Shown in pieces: positions 55,601-64,000 of a DNA stretch of 64,000 nt. The number at the start of each line of letters is the position of its first letter. Within the stretch, counting starts at the first letter, position 1. Source of the DNA: Eledone cirrhosa (taxonomy: Eukaryota); NCBI GenBank assembly GCA_964016885.1, contig OZ024743.1, positions 194,680,001-194,744,000 on the forward strand, written 5' to 3'. Under the pieces are notes generated by a model. The model made no database searches and had not been told where the DNA came from. It was given only the letters and a program-made list of their open reading frames with translations. The translations under genes were made by a program, and so were the position numbers.

Positions 55601-56392
55601 CGTTCGTTGCAGCTGAGTGTTCAAATACTCCTTCCAGAATCGAAATAATAATACTTTAAGAATAAATAAAACTACTTATTAATCCTATAAGTAAATGACA
55701 ATTGTTTATATTGTAAAATGAATAATTCTGATAATAATTCTAAAGATTATATAAAATGCATATACTGATGGTGATATGTGAATATGTTGTGGTAAATATC
55801 CTTATACATATTTATTATGTGTGTAAACTCGCTTGATAGGTAAAACTGTTTTTGATTTTTGAATTTTGCAACAAAATATTAAATATATTTATTAATTGAA
55901 TTATGCTTCTGATAACTATATAAAATATTTTTATATTGTTTAATTTTGATATAATACATTAGTATAATTAACTCAAACGTAAACAAATACAAAAGATATA
56001 AAAAATTTCACGGAATTTAATTGGTCACTTCTGTTTGACTTAATATTTAAAAACGACGGTCATGCATCATCTCCCTCTCTTCTTTCTTTCTTTCATTCTT
56101 TCCTTATCGCGGTTACGTCTTCCCTCTTCTCTCTCTCCTTCTATCTTATCTTATTGTTTTTCTCCTTTTCTCTCTTCTCTTCTATGTATCTCTCTCTCTC
56201 TATCTCATTTTACATTTTTCATACTCACCCCCTCCTTGTACCTACATCTTGCTCCACATCCTCTTCTTCATCATATTTAAGTTTATCATGATATTATTTG
56301 TGTATATAAATATTGAGATTTGTTGTAATAAATCACTACCATGACTGGAATTGAACCATCAAGACAGTTGAGGTATGTCATACATCAATTCA

Positions 56393-56600
56393 TATATTTT
56401 ATCTGATGAGGCGTACAGAAAAAACAGCACAGTACCTCCGACATATATATAATAAAACAAATATTTTGATTATGTGAACGTATTCATTTATTAATATTTT
56501 GAATAATATTACTAACTCCAGAAAACTTCATTGTAGAGTGCTTTTAATCTATTGTAAAACTATATTCATTAATCAATGAATCATATTAATCGTTGGTTAT
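56393..56600 (+). mobile_element. Solo family H element with a hammerhead-like head
   Basis: TATTTTAT-CTGATGA-GGCGTAC...GTACCTCC-GACA-TATATATA-ATAAAACA, then a body homologous to 39030-39173, ending in (TA)n. Confidence 0.7.
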
Positions 56601-56819
56601 ATATATATATAATAAATGTATATACATATTCATTTTATTAAGGCTGAATAGAGAGTCGACTTACTCTGGAGCTATATTTATCAGAAGGTCATCAGCCTGT
56701 GATATACAGTCGAAACCTCAGAGTAACAAGACTCATTATTGATACTTAATAAAATGAACATTAAAACTCTACTTCGGTATTGACCACTCCTTTCTCTCAC
56801 CCGTCAACCACATGCGGAT

Positions 56820-56888
<69 letters not shown>

Positions 56889-56925
56889 AGGTGTGTGTGT
56901 GTGCGTGTGTGTGCGTGTGTGTGTG

Positions 56926-56996
<71 letters not shown>

Positions 56997-58029
56997 CCGT
57001 ATATCCACACACTCTCACTCACACCCAATAACAAGACAAATATGTTTGTAGTGAGATAAATACCTTCAATTGCTTGACATTTCGGGATCACATTAGTAAT
57101 CACCCCTATTAACTTCAGGGAGAGAGAAATTAGATTTGTCATATACATTCATTCCTTTATCAAGTTACCAAGAGAATTTTAGAAGTTGCTGAACTCTATC
57201 TTGAAATCAGCATGAGTTACAGATACAGTCCTTTAGGATCTGATCACATTCACAAAACCACTCCTCATCTATAAAGATACAGGCATATTACATAGTGACA
57301 CATCCTTAGAATAACATAAATCTTTATATATATATATGCACAGTATTATAATCTGAACAAATATAAAATGTATCCTTCGCTGCAGAATTGTGCAAACTTA
57401 CTGTACGATTCTCCAAATTATTTAACTCTGCTATGTATCATAATGCATTTTCGCAAAAATAAAATCGGTAAACCTATTAATAATTTACAATATTATATCT
57501 GCAGTACAGAAATATAGGGGAAGGAACAATGACGGAACAGATTTTGAAAATCTAATTTGCAGATTTGCCCTGAAGTAATATTCATTGTAGCGGTGTAATT
57601 AACTAGATACATACAAGCCCACTTACATTGCTTTAATAATAAATATCCCCGCGGCCGTGATTAATTATCTATGCCATTTAGCATTCAGTTATATATAGTA
57701 TGTGGATAAGGTTCTCTAGAATTTAACTGTCAAATGTATGTGGTATTATCAAAAATTACTACACGGTGGGACATTTAAATATATGAACAGAACACGATTT
57801 ATATAGATATGATTCTTTGGGATACATAAAATACAGATTTTCCTGCTGTTAAATGTGTAGAGGAAAGTAAGCCATGTTGCTAGATGCCTTACCCATATAT
57901 TAAACATTCTTTTGGTTTTAATTATTTAGAATGATTTCAAACTATTTGATGGGAGCTCTCAGAGTGGTAAAAAAATGGAAGCGTACTATATTCTAAATTC
58001 TACACAATATAAACGCAGTGCTAGCACCA

Positions 58030-58278
58030 GGTTTAGGGTTAGAGTTAGGTTTAGAGCTAAGGCTAGATTTAAAGGTTAGGTTTAGGGTTAGGGTTAATGT
58101 TAGGGTTAGAGTTAGGTTTAGGGTTAGGTTTAGGGTTAGGAATAGAGTTAGTGTTAGAGTTAGTGTTAGAGCTAGGGTTAGAGTTAGGGTTAGAGTTAGG
58201 GTTAGATTTAGGGGTAGGGTTAGGGTTAGAGTTTGGGTTAGAGTTAGGGTTATGGACTGGGGTCGGTTTGGGTTGGGG
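58030..58278 (+). repeat. Degenerate interstitial telomeric repeat (TTAGGG)n
   Basis: About 40 hexamers of TTAGGG, TTAGAG, TTAGGT and TTAGTG. Confidence 0.85.
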
Positions 58279-59220
58279 TATAAACTTGCAAGTAAATATC
58301 TATGAATAAGAATATGCTAATGAATGCATTTGAACAATGTTACAACACGCATTAAACGTTTCCTTTTAACTCTGAGAATATATAACACACAAATGACAAC
58401 AAAAACAAATAGACGATGGATATCGTTCGTAGAGTGCATGGTGGCTTATGCGCCATAGTGTATTATATTAATCATGCAATTTAAATGTGTATCAATATCA
58501 AATGTGTTTGTGTGTGCTTATAAAATATGATATACATGTGTGTTGTATGCATGCATATAGATTTGTGTGTGTTTTTACTTTGTATCTATTTTTCTGTTTG
58601 TTTAGGCATTTTGGTTGAATCATTTGCATGATACACCACGAAGGCCTAATTAGTTTCAATATCTAACATCCGTTGGAATGATGGCATGTCAAATTGTGCT
58701 GAGTTTTGATTTAAATCAGAGATGAATTAAAATATTTGCTCAACTTTTCAATAGCTCTCTTTGCCCGTTAATGAAAATTGAATGTGGTAAGTTATAAATA
58801 TATGTAGAATATTACAAATATATAAATGCGTACTGTGAAAAGGTGCAGATCATATATGTGTGGAGATCATTAAGAACATTAAGATAACCGAAATTAAGAT
58901 ACAATTAAACTCATAGATAGAGCTATAGAGAGGCAAACGGCATGAAACGCTTAATAAATTAGATACATGTCAGAGCTTGTCAAACATTAATGATTATTTT
59001 TTAGATAATTGTAATTCGGTAGAAATTAGTTTTGAGATCTCCGGCTGGAAGAGGAATGGGCAAATATTCAGGAAAAACAAAAAAAAAATCAATATAAAAG
59101 GAGTTATCATTAGTAAATGATAAAGTAGAAAATCAAACTTTCCAGTTGTTGTCTTCCTGTTCCTTCTACAACTACTACAACGGTACGCGACGGAGCCCAC
59201 CCACAGCCCCGGCGGACAGA

Positions 59221-59383
59221 ATGGAGAAGGAGTTTCCCCGGAGGACGGCAAGAGAGACGCGCTGGAAAATGGGTGTTTTTTTGTGTCTGGTTGCTGAAAT
59301 GTATTTGGTAGGTGTAGAGAGTTTTTTGAGGATTGAAAGAAATGGTTTCAGTTTTCACTCAAATACATTTAGGATTGAGAATT
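59221..59383 (+). CDS. Candidate first coding exon of a secreted or membrane protein (signal peptide)
   Basis: GC-rich island; ATG at 59221 (second in-frame ATG at 59269); MGVFLCLVAEMYLVGVES|FLR resembles a signal peptide with a V-E-S cleavage site; consensus donor GTGAGT at 59384, phase 1. No downstream exon was found. Confidence 0.4.
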
Positions 59384-60983
59384 GTGAGTGATATTTAAAT
59401 CAGTAGAATCGGATTTCTTGTGGATGTGTCAAAGCGGAAATTGTTTATTATTCTGGGTTAGGATGAAAGTGTTAAAAGATAAAAGAAAGCAAAATATCTG
59501 TTTGTTTGAAGAATGAACCAATTTACACATATCTTATAGCAAAGAGGTATGAAAGACAAACAATCCCATGCAACCATGTAAATTAAATAACACAAGTCTC
59601 TTGTAATTTCCTACGGGTGTTTACTTTAGCTATCCACAAATGGAAATATGAAATCGTGATCTAGAAATGTTAAGGAGTTGAGTCGTTTTGAATAATTGAG
59701 AAACATGCATCATGTACAAGCAATGAACATCTCCTCCAATTGAGTTGAATACAATACTATAGAAAGCATTTTTAATATGATACTCCGAACTGTAATATTT
59801 TTGAAGAATATAACATTCATTTATCGGGATTAAAATAAATCATAATAGAGTATCATTCTTCTTTATCACATTTGGCTATTAGAATATAAATTCGTCACAA
59901 AATTCATTTTTTTATTTCAAATATTTTATAATTATCTCAAACACTCGGAGGTTTTTACAGTGAAAACAAACATTCGTTTGAGACACACATCGGAGGACAA
60001 AAGTTGCTAGGAAATAAATACAGAACACTCACATGGCGGGAGTGCTTGCATATCTCTTAATCTCTTTTATTGATGCATAGAAAACGAATTTGGTTTGATC
60101 CTAATCCTAGTTCTCTTTTCTTTTAATACATTTCTTTATTTATATCTGATGTATTAAATTTATCTCTAGTTGCGTGAATATTTACCAAGTATTACCGTAT
60201 GTTTATTTTCCCACGTTTATTTGCTTTACTTTTAATTGGTAGTGAGATCAATCCTAGATCATAGGAAGCCATATATTAATACAATGACCCTATATAACAT
60301 AAGTCTCTTCAAAATGTTAACTGATAATCTCGAGGGTGAGCATATCACTGTACTAAGTAATAAGGTATTCATCTTTTGCTACTCTTGTAGTACTGATCTA
60401 AGACGCCTGAGATTGATACAATTCTTCTTTTTACCGTATGAGATATGCACAGTAGTTAGAGACGGATGTCGAGACCAGCCCGCCAGACCAAGTCATCATT
60501 TGCCGCATTATGGGTATCCTCCATGCCGCCGGGAAAACGTCTGAGGGGGAATCCCGAACAACATGCAGTGCTGCCTGGTCAGGGTCATCACATTCACATG
60601 CTGGGATGTTTTTTATTTCTCATCGATAGAGATGGTGGGATTTCCTGGAATGTGCTGTGCGCATCCCATTAAAGGAAACCCGTTGCTTTCTGTCAAGCTC
60701 AAAACCGGCTGTTTTAAATGTGGGAAATGGCACCCTTCACGTGGTTCACGCTGTACAGAATTCATTTGAACTAATGCTATTGCTTGATATATGCTCATTG
60801 CTCGATTGATACGACTAAACACCCAATTAGAGTATTTGTAGAAGGGAAAGGTATATGTTGGAGAAGACAAGAAAGATAAGCGTATCAAACATAACAAAGA
60901 TACAAGATAAGGAAAACTTTATCAAGGTAACTCGAAATATATCGATCCAGTTGCTTGTATTTCCTATTATTGTAAGTAGATTT

Positions 60984-61203
60984 AGGGCAGTGGATTGGCA
61001 GTATCGGTAGAGCGTCAGACGCCATGCTTTGCCGCATAGAGTTACGGCTCTTTATGATCTGACTTCAAATCCCGCCGAGGTTAACTTTGCCTGTCATCCT
61101 TATGGGGTCGATAAAATAAAGTACCAGTCATGCACTGGGGTCGCTTTAATCGACTTTACCCTCCCCCCAAATTACTGGCCTTGTGCCTATATAAGAACCC
61201 ATT
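60984..61203 (+). mobile_element. SINE copy (longer 3' variant)
   Basis: A box, degenerate B box, CORE-like body and an extra ATCGACTTTACCCTCCCC segment also seen at 33830-33860. Confidence 0.85.
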
Positions 61204-62514
61204 ATTCTCTAAGTGGATTAGAGTTTCTTATATGTTGTAGTATTTCATTGTTTGGTGCCTCATACCCAACTTGACCACAACAAATAAATTGTAAATTTGA
61301 ATCGATATGATATTGTTATTAATCTTTCAAAACTGCTTATCGATATAATGAAAATTTGACAAAATGATAACTATTATCTTTTTAATGTTCCGTTTTATAA
61401 ATTAGATCACACCAAGAGTCTTTAAGATCGATATCAAATTAAATCGATGAAAAATTGGTCAAATGTGATAAAATGATTTAACAGCATATTTGCCAGGTAT
61501 TCATTATATTAATCGGTATTTAAACCACCTCGTTCGTGATATAGGATTATATTTCACCCTGGAAATTGTCTTAGTTCATCATGTATTTAATGGTACTAAT
61601 GTTTCTCGAACTACATTTCTGGCAAACAGGGTTCCTTATGAATAATCATTAGAAATCATTGAGATGTAATTTCGTAGAGAGAAAGAAAATAAATGGCGTA
61701 TAAGGGGAGGGGAAAATCTACACCCCTGGTAAGGTGGTACGTCTCAGCTACTCTCCACGAACACGAGGGTGAAGGCATTGTCACGGAAAATAAATAGTAA
61801 ACGACACACGCTGCATCAGCCACCCCATCTCACATGGTTCCTTTCCCACTGCGGGACGGAGTACACCAGAAGTCTCAACGGTATTCGACACGAAAAGGAA
61901 TCCAGTTTCTGATTATTTACTCTAAACACTTAATACTTTTGTACATACAATGTATCTATCAACAAGTATTAAGTACAGTCCACAATTCTTGAGATAAGCG
62001 CGATGCATGGACAAGCCTCTATGCTCGGTTTCTATTGGCCAAATGTGCAGTGTGTGAAGTAATTTCGATTTTATTCCAGTACATATCGATCATATCATAT
62101 AACATTCCATATTTCATAGTAATATGGTCAGTGTGCTGTTAATTTCAAATAATTTCTTGTTGCTATTAAACCACAATAAACAATTTTATTATTAATGTTC
62201 TAACACTGGCTAGCGGAACAATTAATTCACCATTACATAAGATACCATCTTATATTTCAATGACGTACATGGCCAACAGGACAATTCAACCAATTAGTAA
62301 TAAGAAAATTCCTATTAATATACCAGGCCAAATATTATCATTAGCGTTCTCCGACCTGTTCAACTGTTCTTTGAAACAGAGCTGGTAGTTTTAGATACAC
62401 ATGGAAGACATGTCCATTATAAAAGACCCAACGGCAACTTTTATTGCTATCGAACACATCTCCATCTAATAATATACTCCTTTTAACTCCAACTGTGAAA
62501 AATATTCTTTGCTA

Positions 62515-63260
62515 TAAAGAAAATGAAATATCGATTGAATATTAGGAGTTTAGTAAAGATCTGAATCAATGTTTTTATTTCCACCTAATTCATAGTCTCC
62601 ACATATTCTCTGATCAGCATCCACTTTTCGTACAACCAATAAAGGAGACTCCTATTTATCCCCTCTGGGAAGAACCTCTTCTATAAGACCTTCATTAATT
62701 AGTTTTCTCAGCTTCGCTATGACTAATGGCTTAATTTGAATTGGTAATGGCTTTGCCTCAAAATAACATAGCCTGATATTTCCTTTGAGAAGAATGTTAG
62801 TCTTAAAATCTCTTAATCCTCCAAATTGTCCCTGAGCTTCAATCTCATGAATTAATGTTCAACTATCAACTTTCATCACGTCCATACGAAGCAAGCCATG
62901 ATTTTGTTTACATTCAGACACAACGACACTCTCAATACTTTCTATGCTGTTATCATTTCCCAATAATGCGCTGAAGTTTCGAAAAAATTCAACGAGTGAT
63001 GGATTAAATTGTTTTACTTTAAGATTACATTTACTTAATTACAGTTGATACAAATCAATCCAGAACTTCAGTTACCTCGATCTCTGCATATTATTTTTGT
63101 ATTTTAGTCCAATTTCATAAACAGCTACTAAATAATCATCAGCAATTAATTTAATTTCTGCGTCCATTTGTTGTTGTATAATTATATACTGCCTGGAAGT
63201 GAATTATTTAAATATTTAAAACACATTTTCCAAATGAAAATATGGTACAAGATCCACTAA
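62515..63260 (-). mobile_element. Gypsy-type LTR retrotransposon pol remnant (RT N-terminus)
   Basis: Reverse strand reads AKPLPIQIKPLVIAKLRKLINEGLIEEV...ESPLLVVRKVDADQRICGDY...NK..DSDLY*TPNI, matching the Gypsy pattern SP.VVV.K.DG..RICGDY...N...D.YP.P. The upstream boundary is uncertain. Confidence 0.65.
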
Positions 63261-64000
63261 AGTGATATTAGAATGAGATTGATACTGTTTTCTATCAACA
63301 TATGACACAGTGATATGATCAATATTATTCTAACTTTCAGTTTTGTTTGTCTTGTTGATCAACCATCTTAACTTTAGACAAAAACTTTCAAGCTCTTCAG
63401 TAAACACTGCATGCATTAAATCTTAGATCCGCTGCTTGAAGATATACTATTTTTTATAATGTTCATAACTATATTGTATATATATAATTGCATACCATTT
63501 ATGAGATCCCAATTAAGTTTCGAATTCCCATAAAACACTGACTCACGCAATCTCAAAATTCTAAAGGTTTGTGGGTGGGTGACGAACCGTTGACACAATC
63601 CCTTGTCTGATATATCTACACACGTATTCAGCGGTCTACAGAAACTACTTTGTATTGACAATCTACCAGAATTTGGCAAAACATCTGATATTTGTTTATT
63701 TTCGTTAGTGTACAGAATATCCTTCTTTCTTGCTGTAGCAAAGAAATATCGTAGACGAAGCCTTTGTCGTGTTTGAATCATCGACTGGCGTCATTGTCAT
63801 ATTCTATTCTATATATACCCACTCTCACCGTAGTCATCTGTGATCCTTTAAGTTCAGAAGTTTTATTCAATTGGATACCTCACCTAAGGCATTGAACTAT
63901 TAACGCCCTTACATATACTTAATTAGCATGCACAGTGCATGTGAGGTTACCTATATTATTATCATAACAATAACATCACTAGTAATTATATCACACCAAT

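Noticed and set aside
59146-59272. Alternative frame LLQRYATEPT...EDGKRD as an EGFR-like or neuropeptide exon
   Set aside because: Very short similarity and a weak donor (GTGTTT); the other frame has an ATG and a consensus donor.
60500-60570. Possible HDV-like ribozyme (GTA-TCCTCCA-TGC...GGGA..TCCC-GAA)
   Set aside because: No convincing P1 or P2 pairing could be found by eye.

Overview
AT-rich, microsatellite-dense eukaryotic DNA, most likely an invertebrate and probably a cephalopod (octopus-like) genome, judged from a tRNA/CORE-type SINE family, TTAGGG telomeric repeats and abundant (TA)n/(CA)n tracts. No complete host gene is visible; there is one candidate signal-peptide first exon at 59221-59383. 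The window is mostly retroelements: a Tx1/L1-like LINE, an R4/Dong-type RLE fragment in a (TAA)n tract, CR1/L2-like and RTE-like LINEs, a Gypsy remnant and about 15 SINE copies. The striking feature is the 9.2-42 kb interval, which holds about 16 fold-back (inverted-repeat) structures from ~100 bp to ~6.7 kb, nearly all abutting (TA)n tracts. The two largest are Penelope-like elements (PLEs; RT plus C-terminal GIY-YIG) arranged head-to-head with both 3' ends pointing outward. The small ones belong to several short non-coding families, some carrying minimal type-I hammerhead ribozyme folds. I interpret this as a PLE-driven, (TA)n-associated hairpin-generating system with non-autonomous passengers and captured cargo; the mechanism is inference. 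All coordinates and alignments were read by eye and are approximate to a few bases.
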